64,000 nucleotides of DNA from Balanoglossus misakiensis (taxonomy: Eukaryota > Animalia > Hemichordata): the NCBI GenBank assembly GCA_040954595.2, contig CM082584.2, positions 2,511,344 through 2,575,343 of the forward strand. The letters are read 5' to 3'. Shown in pieces: positions 13,959 through 28,272 of the stretch. The position numbers and the translations under genes were made by a program. The stretch's first letter is position 1; every line of letters starts with the position of its first letter. Under the pieces are notes generated by a model. It worked only from the letters and a program-made list of their open reading frames with translations. It did not search any database and was not told the DNA's origin.

Positions 13959-15103
13959 CTGTTGAATGCAAACAAAATGGTTTTCTTTTTAAAGTCACTT
14001 CACAGAAAGCGGCAATGTATCAGGAGACAGCTCTCTTTAACGTTCTTCACATTTGTCAATCAGACTGAAATTTAGGGAGGCATAAAGTAACTGTAATTTC
14101 GGGTATAGTCGTGTCGTGTCTACTATTTGATGGTTAATTTCAGGACCCCCATTGACCTAATTAATTATGTACACGCCTAATTCTAGGCTAACCAATAGAT
14201 CTAGAAGTTTGGATTTTGTAGGACATAAATCAGTTTAGGATCAAAACTTTTTGACAAAATTTCTGGTATCCACAGCAGATAATCCTTGGCATTCTGTAGA
14301 AACCCTGGGAATCGCTTGGGCCCAGTGAACACTGCTTTCAGCTTTAATTCACCATGTAATCAGATGCAGACATTTTGAAAACAATGTGATTTAAATTCTA
14401 AGCAGACTTTTGTTAAAGGGTTATGATCGTCTAATGCGCATGTGCCAAAGCAGAGATTCTGGTTACAAAAACTTTATCAATGACACAATTCTGTCTATAC
14501 AACAGACAAGATGGCGGCAACCATACTCTGTGTCGTAAATTAGGAAAAAAAACAGCAAATTGAGTGAAAAGAAGAGACAAAATGAAAGTCTTCTTTATAT
14601 ATATATATATATGGTGGGAAAGAAATATGAAAGGAAGTGAAGGCAGTCCACTATTTGAATGCATGCACATAAAATTTGCAGATATTTGGATTTGATCTTA
14701 TTTTGTACACACAAAATTACACATATGTGCATAAGAGTAAGACGATTGTCTGCATTTAAAACTGTCTGACGGAGGTTATCATCAGTGCTTCCACACTGAT
14801 ACCATGGAAAAACTAGAAGAATTGAAAATAAGAATGAGACAAGATTTGTTGTATTCCTCTGTCTGTAATTTAGGTCTGCTTTGGGCAAATAGTGCTTTGA
14901 ATTTATTCTGTGTGACTGTCAGGTCCCAAATACATTAAGATAATTTCGGGAATGGCACAGACCATGTTATTTGTAACATCAAGAAAGCTCCTTTTTTGAG
15001 AAAAATGATTTTATTTTTCCCCACATAACAATTCCCAGGAGTGACACGGGTATCAGTCTTGGTTTTCAAAATATTCACTGTTCACATTATTGTGACAACT
15101 TAC

Positions 15104-15322
15104 TTGAAAGTGGTGTCTTAGTTGTTGATTTGTTGATTGTATATTGGATGGCTGTGCTTGCACTGCTTGTTGTTGTTGTTGGGCTATCTTTGTAATTGCT
15201 TTTGTTGTTGTCTTTGTGTTATGAGTTGATTTTGTCGTGCATGTTGATCTTGCTGATTCTTCAATTCAAGTTCTTATTTTCTGTGCCATCTCTAGATTCT
15301 CCTGCAGTGCTTGAATATTCCT
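15104..15322 (-). pseudogene. MED25: MED25-like penultimate Gln-rich exon, disrupted
   Basis: TTTTAG acceptor and GTAAG donor; RNIQALQENLEMAQKIRT*...NQQLRHHFQ has an in-frame TGA and an apparent frameshift; the last motif resembles a decayed NPQLRSLL NR box. Confidence 0.55.
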
Positions 15323-15585
15323 CTAAAAGATCAAACAAAGAAAAGTGTAAACAGTCAATCATTGTCATGTGTCAATCTACCAACAGGTAACTGACTACAG
15401 GAGCTTCAGCCAATTTTCACTTGGGAGATTATTGAAATCAATTTAAAGCTCAGTAACTCCAACTTCGGGTTATTTTCTCAATATTTTTTTGGGGTATCAA
15501 CTGTGGTTTCTTGTCCCACTTATCATGGAATTAATCATATTCAAATATTTGAAGGGATTAAAAAGTACATACTGTAAAACACTTT

Positions 15586-15920
15586 AGTGCCTTTCACACG
15601 TGCCATCAACACCGCCCCAGCAGCGGCCCTAGGGCGGCGTTAATTTGTAAGTGCCACGTGTGAAAAGGTGAGAGCGGCTTTTTTGGGGACGGTGTTGAGG
15701 GGTGGGACCTGGGTCGGGGCGCTGCACTAAACAGCGACTCAAATCACGTGTGAACATTGTGACCTTTAGTCACACTGCTGTGGACGCGCGTAGAGGGCGA
15801 TGACCCTGTCCCTTTTATACACATGTGCATGCAAAAGTATTTGAGTCACTGATAAGAAATGTTTACCAAATTTTATAATCCCAAAAAGGGCGCCCTAACA
15901 ATGGCACGTGTGCAAGCGGC
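15586..15920. mobile_element. Possible PIF/Harbinger-like MITE nested in a Tc1-type MITE
   Basis: Imperfect TIRs AGTGCCTTTCACACGTGCC / GGCACGTGTGCAAGCGGCT interrupt a TACTGTAAA...TTTTCGCG element. Confidence 0.5.
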
Positions 15921-16220
15921 TTTAATTTTTCGCGAGCAATACATTTTCGCCAAATACGCAAGTGCCAAAATAGTGTAAAAATAAAGTGTCACGTAAATTT
16001 TTTTGAAGATAACGATGCAGTGAATGAAATAAGTGAACGCGAAAATATATACTCGCGAAACAGTGGCCGCTCTCGATATAAGATCTGGAGTGCTGAGCAG
16101 TCTCTAACTATGTGTACTGATTGGTTGCAATAGAATACATATCAATAAGCAGGCCTTCTCCGCCCGTCAAATAGTGTTTACCCATCGTACAAATTGCCAA
16201 AATGAAGATATATCCCAATA

Positions 16221-16396
16221 CAGTAAAACTCCAATTATCCGAACTGACAGGGGGACATTGATTTTGTTCGGATATGCAGACAGTTCGGTTATTCGGATAG
16301 CGATCCTATACAAAAGAACTGTTTGGGGGACATGACAGCAGTTTGGATAACCAAACAGTTCGGATAATTGGAGTTCGGATAATTGGAGTTTTACTG
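16221..16396. mobile_element. pogo/Tigger-type MITE
   Basis: TA|CAGTAAAACTCCAATTATCCGAACT ... AGTTCGGATAATTGGAGTTTTACTG|TA: perfect TIRs with TA TSD. Confidence 0.9.
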
Positions 16397-18542
16397 TATA
16401 GGTAATTTAATGGCCTGGAAGGAACATTTTTAGTCAAAAAATAGTGCCATGCATGCAACAAGCAGGTGTGTAAAGTGTGTCACCCACCAAGCTCAAGGAC
16501 GCATGAAATAACAAAATAATAACAAAACCAAACAGATTACAGGTAATATTACATATTAAGTGACACGACTTGACAATAGCCAAGTCAGGTACAAAGTGCA
16601 GAAGTTTTAATGGAGGGTTCCCATACTGATTTTATGTTCTGTGCATACATCTGTAAGTGTTGCATCAACTGAATTTTGCATCAGCAGAATTGTTGGCATG
16701 GTATATTGTAAGAAGTAAAACAGACACTTTATTTCTTTCAGGGTATTTCAACAGGACTTTGTTATATGACATCACATTTTTAAGTGTTTGATTACCATAC
16801 TACATAAGGTTGAATGTATTTTGCAAACCTGATCAGTGAACACAGTGGGGTAAACCTCCATAGCTGCCAAAACGCACATTTTTTCATGAGTTTTCCTTTA
16901 AACTTGAATTAATGCATATAAATAGGCTTATCAAATTTGATTGTGACGGTACTTTGCAATTCGAAAGTCAGCTGGATTAAAACGGTTCTACCGTTTTTAT
17001 AGGGGTCCAGTTGACCTCCATGGTGAGTAAACAAGTATTGTGGTCATGATAGTTCCAGCAGTGCAAATGTTGTGTACACTTCATGATATTAAATATGTTG
17101 CTCGGTTGACATAAAAGATTTATCCTTTGACAACCATGCTGCCTTTCAGATGGCCAGCCCAATATAATAGTGGTGAATTTAAAATAGCTGCGAGAACTCC
17201 AAACATTTTCATACAAGTAATCCGTTTCCGGTGGACGACAAATTCATGCACATACAAGGTATGTCGCTTACAGGCATATAAGTTGAAACTTTAGGGATAA
17301 TTATCATTTTTTTTCAAACTTTACTAGTATTAGTCCATGCAGATGTAGGCACTGAACTGTATACAAGTATTTTTAACCCTAAATATGAGTGCATTTGCAA
17401 GTTTTAACCAGATAAATAATAAAGCTTTGCCATAAAGAAATATGGCTGCCACCGTGGGAAATGCAAGAAACAATGAAAATGTTGCATTTCTGACTATTGA
17501 ACTTCATAAACAAAACATGATCTCCTCCACTAGAACTCATGCAAGTAAATGTACACCGCTGAGACATTAGATTTTCATTTTTCATTGCAAAATTGCACTT
17601 TTTAAAAAATACAGGAATTTTAGATTTTCTTTCATTTTTGGCCTGTTTTGTCATACATAAGTGTTGATCTTGATATATTATGAAATGTCATTTAATAGAC
17701 ATAATTAAAATCATATATAAGATTATTTAAAGCTTAATTTAAATGAATATTTCCTTTTTATGAAAAACTGACAATCTCGAGCAGGCAAACACTGAGACTG
17801 ATTACAGTATGTAGAGGATGGGGGCGCAAATTGCATCTGCATAAAGCAAGAAGAATGCTTCAACATAACTGACACATCTGTTTAAACAGCCAATAAATGG
17901 AAGGGGATACTGCTCCCCCCCCTCTCTGAAGTCATATTACTTGATCAAGTTTCCGAAACTCTGAGTATACGAGTCAAAATGACAATTTGTGCTTAACGTT
18001 TGTTTTGGATCAGCATTTTTCTGGTATTGGAGATGGTTTCAATCACAGCCACTGGACAAAACTGGCCATGTTAATGTTTCCACAAAATCAACAGTCGATT
18101 CAAACTGAGAAAATTTGGTCACTGGGAAAAATGTTAGTGATGTCAAAATGTTATGTTTTAGCACCTATTATCGGACTGAATGAGCGTGCTGCGTTTCATG
18201 CATTTATGATGGTTGTCTGCAAAGACCATTGGAGCATGTTTGCCAACAGGACTGTGGTCGAATCTATACTGGTACGTGTTTGTGTAAATTGCCTATATAA
18301 CAGTTGACCAGCAGGGGTAGACACCCTTTGGACAGGAATTTTAATTTTAAAGGCACACAAGCTGCAAATTTTGGGATAGTTATAATAATTTTATCAAACA
18401 ATTGAAAATAAAATAAATGTTTGCGTGTTGGTTGTTTACCATAACTAAAATTTTTGACATTTTCCTACGCGCTAAACAAAACTCTTTTTTTGTCCTTATC
18501 AGTAGCAGTGTGGCACCATTTCCTAGATAGACAGAAGCTCAC

Positions 18543-18593
18543 CTCGTTGATAGCATTTGGGTGTATAACATTTCTCTGTTGTTGCTGGCTTAT
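18543..18593 (-). pseudogene. Candidate small MED25-like exon (ISQQQRNVIHPNAINE)
   Basis: GACAG acceptor, GTGAGC donor, 51 bp, phase 0, compatible with the 15322 exon. Confidence 0.4.
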
Positions 18594-21049
18594 CTGTCAA
18601 TAAGATAGGTTACATTTATCTTTAAGGGATTCATAAGTGACTTTGACATAAGACATCTTAACCATATGACCTTTCATACAATGAGCAGTTGCCAAATTAA
18701 CTTTCTCTCTGAACATTAATGTGACCAATCCGGACCGGGCACTGTTCCATTCTACTACGCAAAACAACTCATCGCAAAGAAACCCAGGAAGGGAAATGCT
18801 GACAAAATCTACACCTATCAGTAAATTTCAGACATCAAATCTTGTAACTGCATTTATACAATTTATTTGAATAATGCCTTTGTGGTTATCTGATGTCAAT
18901 TATTTAATTGAAGAGTTGTTGTGTTGGAGTTAACTTGTGTGAATTGCTTGCCTTTCATTCTGACAGTCAATTATATCTTGAGGAAGCAGCTCCCACTTCT
19001 AGATTGAAAATATGAATTATTTAAAATACATGTATATATATTTCTTTTCAATGTACAACACTATATCACAAGTCATCTTTTCACAAGAGGTGGGCCAAAC
19101 CATACAGGAAACTGTGAACAATCATTCAATGCTTTGATATTTGGACTGACAACACCACTCTTTGGCACAATATTCAATTTCAAACATTTTTGAATACTGT
19201 AAACGCATTGAATATCGCATGTATTAAATGTTGCTATTTTGCAATTGGGGCCAGTGAGTGAGCATTTAAATATAAGAATGCAAGGTTCTCAAAAGAAATA
19301 AAAGTCACTGTTTGTTCCTTTGATTTGTGTATCATTTGATAAACTGCAGCCATACACATTCATTGACGAGAAGTGTCAAAACATCCACAGGTCTATTCAT
19401 TGAATGTGAGGTGCAAAGCTAGAAATGGAGATGTTACTAGTAGTGTAATACAAAGACAGCAAATAGCAGCCGGACTTGTTTCCTACAAAAAAATCCAGCC
19501 ATGTCATGTTGCTGGAAAGTCTTTGTACTTCAATAACAATACAGTCCAATTATGAAAGGGAAAGCTATGGATATGTCCTGTTTTAAACATTTGTTTGTAC
19601 TATTTTGATATTCACCATGTTAATATCACCACAAGCTAATATCCAAACTACACACAACTGCAAGTTCACTGGCCTCAAGTCACTTGTGGATGTTGACACT
19701 AATACCCATTAAAACTTCCTATCTGGGAACATGTAAATGCACACTACAGGAAAACAAACCAATAATTCAGAACACTATTGTGACGGTCACAGAACTTGTG
19801 AATTTATTACAAAAGCAGTCATCCTGAAAATTGAAATACACAACCTGACGACCATCACTGATTTTAGTCAGCTACCATCACTGAATGAAGAACTCAAACA
19901 AAAAATTGCTTAATACGCTGTTAAAAATAACAATGCAACAAAAAACACAAATGATCGACTCCAGTCATATATGTACATCAAGCAACATCAACTGAAAGGC
20001 TACAGGCAGTATCGTCAATACACAGGTTGTTGTTGCTATGCTCAAGGCGTCAATGAATTGGTGGTCACATTTCATTGAACAATGAATGGGCAAGTGCTCA
20101 CTCACTTCTTCAGTGAATTTCACTGTTTGTTTATCTTATCATAAAAACTTGGGCACCACAGTCCTTTGGATAAAAATATTCATGTGTGGTGATTTAAAAT
20201 CATTGTTGCAAGAAACAGAATTAATCACAGGATTAATGGCTTCTGATTGAAAAATACTAAATGCTTAATATGCCATATGCCGCACACAGAGTGATCACAT
20301 TAGTCAATTGGACCGCTGTTCCGAAGGACTAAAATGATTGCAATGTTTTAATATTATATTTATTTTACAAAACCCTTACATCTGAGCTTTACTTTAAAGT
20401 ACTTCCATTTACAAGTAGTACAAGTACACATCAGTTAACATTGACAGCTAGGCATGACGTCATAGATGTAGGACTTCAAAACTGACATTCTGAACAGTGG
20501 GGGCGCTCTATCATAGTGGGTTTTAATGAACATGTGTATTTAATTTCATGAATCAGATATATCAATGAAAACTGTGTGTTTTAACATACGCTTATTGTTT
20601 ATGCATTTGCAGTATCTAGTCATATTACAGTAATACACCAGACATGTTCTTAACTCAATCAATGTGTGTGTGTAAGTTCAATTTCTGACCACACTCAGAT
20701 TACCCAAGTCCATGTGACCAACTCTACTGCAAGTATACAGACTTGAACTCCGGAAAACTAGTCACCTACAATACTTGAACTGGAGCCACATCCAAAACTT
20801 GACTTTGAGATATTTTATCAAATCAGTGCTCCTTTTAGAATTAGAACTCCCATGCAATTTTTGTGACAGAAGAAATAAAGAGATTCCCAGAAAGAACCTC
20901 CCAGTTCCCTTTTTAGAGGTCCAACCTTACCATAGAAAACAACGGGTTTGGACTGTACCATGGTGGTGAAATGGTTAAGCCAGAGCATGTATCAAAATAC
21001 AGTAAAACCTGTCTCAACCAAAACCTGTCTATTACAAGGACATTGTTCA

Positions 21050-22165
21050 AACTCCTAGGTTCACTTTTGTTTAATCGCAACACCTGGTCCAGAGCAGTGC
21101 AAACATTGGCTAATCAAGCCAGCAAGGTGTTGTCTCTACTCTCAGTTGCCAGGTGGAAACTAGGGTATATGCCATTTGAATGTCACTTCAAGGTGTTTGA
21201 TGCCATGATCTTACCCATTCTTTGTTATGGATCGGAGACTTGAGTTTTATGACATCATAGAAAAAGTGCAAAGAACATGGTGCAGAATTTTTCTAGGTGT
21301 GCCAAGGAGCACTACCAATGAAGCTGTTATTGGAGAATGTGGGCGGTTGCCAGTGTATGTTCACACAATGTTGTATTCGTTACTGGGTGAAACTTATAGA
21401 GATGCCACAGGAAAGACTCCCTAGACAAGCATATTTAATGCTACATACGTAATCTTGACTGTTTAGGCCGTCACACTTGGGCAACATCGGTGAAACACAT
21501 TTTATTTTCGCCTGGATTTCTCAGGAAAGAGGCGATAAGCGTTTGTTCCTTTCAGCATTTGAGACAAGAATTTCAGATATTTTGAAGCAACAATGGAAAT
21601 CACACTGTCCGTCCAAAACCAAACTCCGTACATACACACATTTTAAATAATTGTTACAGCCTGAAAAGTAGTTAATGTCAACTGTACACGTAATGTCAAA
21701 GACATTTTTGCATGTTTTCGCTGTTCTGCCCTTCCTCTTGCAATAGAGGAGGGAAGAGATCAGAATGTGGACGTTTCAGAGAGACACTGTAGGCTATGCT
21801 CTGGTGCACAAATAGAAGACGAGTATCACTTTTTACTTGTTTGCCCCTTATATGACAGTCTTAGAAAACAATATATTGGTTACACTAAAATTCCCCACAT
21901 TCAAATGTTTGTTAATATCATGAGCGCATCAGAATCCTCAAGTATTTATGTTTACAATGCCTTTAAACTTAGAGAAAATGTGTTAAAAAACTTAATCTGC
22001 TAAGTTCCTCACTTTGTATCCCGAGTACGTACTTCCACACAAGTGCTGCTTGATGTTGTCATTTATATTATTTGAGTACATGTATTATTTATTTCATTTT
22101 CGTACAATTTTCTGATTACCTTTATGCCCTCTTACCTATGGGCTGGAGGCCTTGACAATCAATTA
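21050..22165 (+). mobile_element. Decayed 3' fragment of a non-LTR retrotransposon, same clade as the LINE at 32607-36108
   Basis: Broken frames FKVFDAMILPILCYGSE, TTNEAVIGECGRLP and CRLC...EDEYHFLLVCPLY match the C-terminus of the 1064-aa ORF; 3' GGCTGGAGGCC stem-loop. Confidence 0.9.
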
Positions 22166-22204
22166 ACGTGCACTGTTGTGCACCTGAACAATGAACAACA
22201 AATC

Positions 22205-22535
22205 AATCACACATTCTCACTGAATCGAAAGCTGTATATGACACGAGCGCTGATTCAGATTGGATGACAAAGCTAAATGTTATCCTATGATACAGAAACT
22301 ACAACGTGCCAGATGACAGTTCAAGAGTCATTTATTTAATGTTTTAAAACGAATTTGGCTAATTTGTGGCCGTGTGAGAAATATAATCTCACACACCAAG
22401 GACCTGGGATCATATTTCTCACACTCGTCAGGGATGTTTTGTCCCACACTCGCCTGCAGCTTGTTTGGGACAGAAAATCCTCAACACATGTGAGAAATAT
22501 GATCCCAAGTCCTTGGGAGTGTGAGATTCTATTAG
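22205..22535 (-). mobile_element. Hairpin non-autonomous element; inverted copy of 47345-47705
   Basis: ~145-bp palindrome AATCTCACAC...GTGTGAGATT, and reverse-complement identity to 47345-47705. Confidence 0.8.
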
Positions 22536-23051
22536 TCTTACAACCTTAGGACCTGGTAAAAGATTTCTCAGACGAGTTGGGGATATTTTTAGCTCGTGTT
22601 AGACAAGCCAAAATATCCCTGATGAGTGTAAGAAATTGCGTTAAGTACACGGTGGTCCCATTCACGGATAATACAAGAAAAAAGTCTACACCGGAGTACA
22701 TATACAGACAGACACACACACACACACACACACATCAAGAGATCAACAGGCAAACATTGGCTGACCCATAAGCTGCCAATGGCATGTGTACTGTACACAC
22801 ACCAAATAGAACAGCTGGTCTCTTTAACAGTTAGCCAGTTATGTAAACATGCAGTTACCAATCACTGTTATTATTGACAAATTGCATCCAAGTCCAGACC
22901 CAGGCTTGAATACAATGTTTACACATAACAACATTGCTTACCCATCGAGCTGAACAAGAAATGATGGTTGATAACCAGAAAAATACTGAATAAAAATTCA
23001 AAAGTTACAGATACTGGACCTTTCGTTGTCCACATAATGTGCTGGTCTTAC

Positions 23052-23159
23052 CTGTACACTCTCCATTGACCAATCAATATCCCACAGAACAAGTGCAATA
23101 AAAAGAGCCTGCTGTATTCACACACTGGCGTTCACAAAGATCTGCTCTCTTATTGACAT
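23052..23159 (-). pseudogene. Calcium-binding EGF-like exon, disrupted
   Basis: TTTCAG acceptor, GTAAG donor, phase 1-1; DVNKRADLCERQCVNTAGSFYCTCSVGY*LVNGECT has an in-frame TGA and lacks the first Cys. Confidence 0.85.
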
Positions 23160-23286
23160 CTGAAATCAAAGATAGTTTATTATTTTTAATTTTATTATTA
23201 TTTATTTCCTGACAAACGTAATACACATACATCTTAGTGCATTTTCTACTGAAAATAATAAAATTGGAAAACAAGTGAAAGCTTAA

Positions 23287-26022
23287 AGAGCATATCTTGC
23301 CTTTTTAAATCTTATCAGAAGGTTAAAAAATGATTGAAAGAAATCTAATATTTACCAAAAGTGACAATATTTTTCGGGTATCGATTTCTATAATATTTGT
23401 TTTGTTCTCATAAAATACTTCAAAATCCACCCTGTCCTGAAAATCTGAGTTCAGATTTGCTGCATTTCGGTCACGTGACGTGACGTCACAAGAGGAACCC
23501 TTCAGGTAGACCAGCTTTAGCGATGCTCACAGGTGTCATACGGTGTTTTCGTGCTTTTCTGTGTAATACCACAATGGGAAAAAGAGGTGGTTGCCGTGGT
23601 TGCAGCAACACATTACCTAGACGGAAGTCACCCGTGTGAATTCCCCGAAAACCAATGAAAGTCTATGCCACGATCATCGATATTGTACGGTGGATATGAA
23701 GCCATCCGGCGGCGGCGGCCGTAACTGTCAATGCATGACCGTTGAACGATAATCGGCCAGGTTTGAATCACGAGAAGACAATCCACACCCTTACAGGAAA
23801 ATAGAAGCCTGTCAGTAGGAGAGGTCGACCAGTGATCAATATTCAATTCAGAGCACAACTGATCGTTTATACCCGATATTGGTGTTCATTCAGTGTTCCA
23901 GCGACCGCGATTACACAGTAGAAGGTGAACTGGCAGGAGGCGTAAACACAATTTTGCGCTGGCCGACATCATGTCGAGATTGCTTATAATTATTCACTCT
24001 TTCGTCTGGCTACCCGGTACCCAGGGACCGCAAACTTCGATAATTAAGATTGACAGCAATCAATGTGAAAACTTGAACGTTCAAAATATTACTGTTACTA
24101 TTTCACATTTTTTTCAGTCATACCTTTGTATGGCTTCGGCTGAATGGTCGCCATCTTTCTTTTCTAATTTCTTTGTTTACAAGTTTTACGTCGCACTATG
24201 TCCGACTCATCGGCTCCAAAACACACTGTACAAATTTTGAAACAAAATGTGTTGAATAAATTTTGCCGCGTGTGAGTGAAAACCGTTTCCAAACTTGGAT
24301 ATTCGTGTGTATCAATGAAAATGTTTCATGCTTTGTGAGCGTGAGTGGGTCGGCCCGGCACGATCGCCTGTTGCTGTTGGTTGTATGGTTTCATTTTGTT
24401 ATAATGCAGTATGAAGCATGTGAAGGAACTTTCATGATTACAGCGACAAGTCATAAATGTTTCTGTTTGTCATCACCAAAAAGGCATATAGCTTACATGT
24501 AATTCAGAAGACAGAATTTTAGTGCTGGCATGGTACATATACATCGCGGCGCGATATGTGTCATCGCTGCTGACTGCGTGTACACGCATCGGCGCTGATG
24601 GAGTTCCCTTGTAATAACACGCGCGTATTTTGTCTGTTGAGGCAGTGATCGAAAATCGACAAAAGACCACGATATATCAGTTGTCAATAAGTTGACATTG
24701 TCCAAGATAAGTAGATTGAGACCCAACACTCTAGTCCTAAACCTCTGGGCAATATTCCACGGTTTAAGATGGGTCCCCCGGATCTTTTTGCCCGTTGCTA
24801 TGGGCCTTTGCAAGACATTACACCCCGATTTGGACTAAGCCGTTTTCAGAGTCTAACAAGGGGCTGGTAACTAGTTGAAAATCTGCACGATTGTGAGCGC
24901 GCGCCCCCTGACGCCATTGATATGCAAATTAGCTAGGTCAAATTTCAAAAGCCTAAGGCTTTTTATTCCGTGACCTCAAAAACGAACTTGATACGTATTC
25001 ATTAGTTGCTTGAACCAGGGAAGATCGTGACGGATTTTGTTTTCGAATATTATCGTTGTATCCTACGATTTCAGCATACCCGTACCACAGCGGAAAAAGT
25101 CATCGATTTTAGGTGTTTTTGGACGCACTCTTCCACCGGTATCGCTTCTTAGCACGACGAAAACCGAAAAAACGATCCGTCACACTGTGAGGAAGTGCGT
25201 TCTCAACAAGCAGGTCAAATTTGACTGGCGTACGTGGCCTATGAAAAAAGCCTTAGGGATTTTCGTGAACGGTTCAAAATCTCTGTGTACAAAACATTGG
25301 ATTTTTAGCGTTCGATCCAGTTACTGTGGTTACAGGACGCGCATGCTATCGCTGACCGCTGCTTTACCGTATTAGCGTGGCGGCCTATGGCCGGGCGGTA
25401 GCTGCCGTAAACATACTCGGACAAGGGGTGTGCACACAATCGTGTGTATTTTTAACTAGTTACAAGCCCCTTGTCGGACGTTCATAACGGTTTCGATCAA
25501 AATTGAGTGTAGTGTCCTATAAAGGCCCATAGAAACGAGCAAAAAGATACGGGGGACCCATCTTAATCGAGGCAGCAATCATTGTATGTGTAAGGTGCCT
25601 ATACACATCCGCTGCCATTGCATGTTGTGTACTGCTTGCAATGCGTAGCCGTAGCCTAACCGGGCCGAGTAGTGTTATTTTTTTCATAATCGCATCTCCC
25701 CTAGATGAAAAGGTATATATGTACATTTATTTTGAATGGAACGGGGGATCCAGAGGCTGACCCAGCAAAGCTGTTTAGATCACAGACATGTATGATTGCA
25801 ATTCAACCACTGCAATGTACAGTCTTGCAAACGTAAATGGGTTCCTCTTGTGACGTCACAGAAATGGGCGTGGCCCAAACAGAAGTTTTTTCTCAGGCCC
25901 TGAACGTTTTTAAATTTAACATTTATTTATCCATATGAAATAAGTAAAAGGACACCAGCATTTAACACACAAGCCCAATTATTATTTATCCTCAAAGTGT
26001 GTTTCGAGCTAAGATATGCTCT
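23287..26022 (+). mobile_element. Kolobok-like non-autonomous DNA transposon with decayed THAP remnant
   Basis: TTAA|AGAGCATATCTT ... AAGATATGCTCT|TTAA; subterminal inverted GTGACGTCACAAGAGGAACCC; from 23573 MGKR..CRGCSNT..EFP resembles a frameshifted THAP start. Confidence 0.8.
24768..25562. mobile_element. TTAA-specific element with ~115-bp imperfect TIRs nested in the Kolobok-like element
   Basis: TTAA|GATGGGTCCCCCG ... CGGGGGACCCATC|TTAA; inverted similarity extends to GGGGCTxGTAACTAGTT. Confidence 0.85.
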
Positions 26023-26642
26023 TTAAAAGATAAAAAAATTACACTTAAAAACCCCAAAGAAACCAAAACAGTTCTGAAAGACATTCCCTTTAAACCAAAA
26101 AAAGCAATGGAATGAAATTGTGCAGAATAAAAAGACGAGTTTTTAAACCCCTTTTAAAACTGTCTATAGATCCAGCATTGCGGATAGAAGGTGAGGTTGA
26201 TGACACATATTCGTAACCACATATTAATTGATCAGTTGATTGTTTTTACACCAAAGTCCTCAATATCCATGGCAATCTCTTTCTAGGAATTTTAACACTC
26301 TCTATCATTCTCATTTTAACAAAATCCCCTGAAACTCGTGTACCCTGTCAGCAAAACTTTGTCTGATTTTTAAAACAACAGATTACTTTTTCACCCTTGC
26401 AAACAAATTTTCAATGCTAAGTTTTCACATTTGTTAATTTGTTTATATTATGCATAATTATAATTGGAAAATTTCTGAGATACAATTTCAACAAACATGT
26501 GTTCAGTACGAGTGTGCGGTTGATTTCAAATTTTAAAATGTGTGCAATGGACAGACAGGATGCATGTTTTATTGTAACCATAGCAATATACAATCCCCAA
26601 ACAGTGTAGCCACAGAAGAGATCAATATCCACAGTTACATAC

Positions 26643-26765
26643 CTGCACATGCATGGCCATCCTCCAGCACATTGAAGCCTTGTCTGCAAGCGCAGCAATA
26701 ACTACCATGGGTATTCTGACAATAGTGTTGACACGCATTTCCACAACTGTGACATTTATTCATAT
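26643..26765 (-). pseudogene. Calcium-binding EGF-like exon (open frame, probably part of a dead fragment)
   Basis: CCAG acceptor, GTATGT donor, 123 bp, phase 1-1; DMNKCHSCGNACQHYCQNTHGSYCCACRQGFNVLEDGHACA. Confidence 0.85.
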
Positions 26766-27249
26766 CTGGAGGGTAAGAAGAAATTCGAAATAATTTACAA
26801 GCATTACATTATTCAAGATAAGCCTACTCTTAACAACTGGAATCTCACACCAAAGACAACTGGGCTCAGATTATAACAAGATGGGGATAATTTTTCTCAA
26901 TTTCATCATTTGAGACAACATATCCCCAAACTTATGTAGTGTCGACGTAACATTATAACATAGTTATATCACTGTCAGGCATTTGTGTCCTACAGTCAAG
27001 GGGTTTTAGACACCTGCAGTCATTTTGATGGCGTTGGTTTGAATCCCACCAGTGCCAGAAGTGTCCCTTACGAAAAAGGTTCTATAGAACTCTATAGACC
27101 TCTATAGAAACGTGTAGAATTCAATAGAAAATCAATAGAAATTTATTTTCTATAGAATTCTACAGGTGACTTCTATTAATTTTCAACAGAAAATCAATAG
27201 AATATTATTTTCTATAGAATTATACAGATGATTTCCATTAAACTAGCCG

Positions 27250-28272
27250 TCAATAGATTTTCTATTGAAAATATTACCTAGCATGAAATAAGTGAAAAAT
27301 GATTTTTAATAGGTTTTAACATGATTATCATACAATGACGAAGCAATTTGTAAGATTTGCCCCCATTACACATATTTCACTGTGAACAAAGTATATTTTA
27401 ACAGAAATCCACAGACTCTATTGAATTCTATTGATGTCAATAGATTTTCTATTGAAAAATATTGTCAACCTTGAAATGGTTGAAAGAAATATTTTTCCCT
27501 AGTTTTTAGCAAATGTGTGCACATAATCAACACAAAACGACAAATGAATTTGTCAGGTTTGGCCCAACTACATATATTTCACTGTGAACAGTGTATTTTA
27601 ACAAAAATCCACTGACTCTATTGAATTCTATTGCCGTCAATAGATTTTCTATTGAAAAATATTGTCAACCTTGAAATGGTTGAAAGAAATATTTTTCCCT
27701 AGTTTTTAGCAAATGTGTGCACATAATCATCACAAAATGACAAAGGAATTTGTCAGGTTTGGCCCAACTACATACATTTCACTGTGAACAGTGTATTTTA
27801 ACAAAAATCCACTGTCTCTATTGAATTCTATTGCCGTCAATAGATTTTCTATTGAAAAATATTGCCAACCATGAAATAGGTGAAAGAAACATTTTCCCCT
27901 AGTTTTTAGCAAATGTGTGCACATAATCAACACAAAACGACAAATGAATTTGTCAGGTTTGGCCCAACTACATATATTTCACTGTGAACAGTGTATTTTA
28001 ACAAAAATCCACTGACTCTATTGAATTCTATTGCCGTCAATAGATTTTCTATTGAAAAATATTGCCAACCATGAAATAGGTGAAAGAAACATTTTCCCCT
28101 AGTTTTTAGCAAATGTGTGCACATAATCATCACAAAATGACAAAGAGTTTGTCAGGTTTGCCCCAACTACATACATTTCACTGTGAACAGTGTATTTTAA
28201 CAAAAATCCACTGTCTCTATTGAATTCTATTGCCGTCAATAGATTTTCTATTGAAAAATATTGCCAACCATG
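27250..28272. repeat. Left subterminal tandem array, 200-bp unit, 4-5 copies
   Basis: CCCAACTACATA recurs near 27563, 27763, 27963 and 28162; each unit has several TCTATTGA/TCAATAGA motifs. Confidence 0.95.

Noticed and set aside
13613-14075. Val/Leu/Trp-rich plus-strand ORFs as membrane proteins
   Set aside because: They are antisense shadows of the minus-strand CAA/CAG-rich exon.
23074-23076. In-frame TGA in the EGF exon as selenocysteine
   Set aside because: It is not at a Cys position, the exon also lacks its first Cys, and neighbouring exons are decayed: a simple nonsense mutation.
26995-27060. tRNA gene (GGTTTGAATCCCACC B-box-like)
   Set aside because: No cloverleaf can be built; at best a decayed SINE head.
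27730-28133. Repeated 67-68 aa ORFs
   Set aside because: By-products of the 200-bp tandem repeat.
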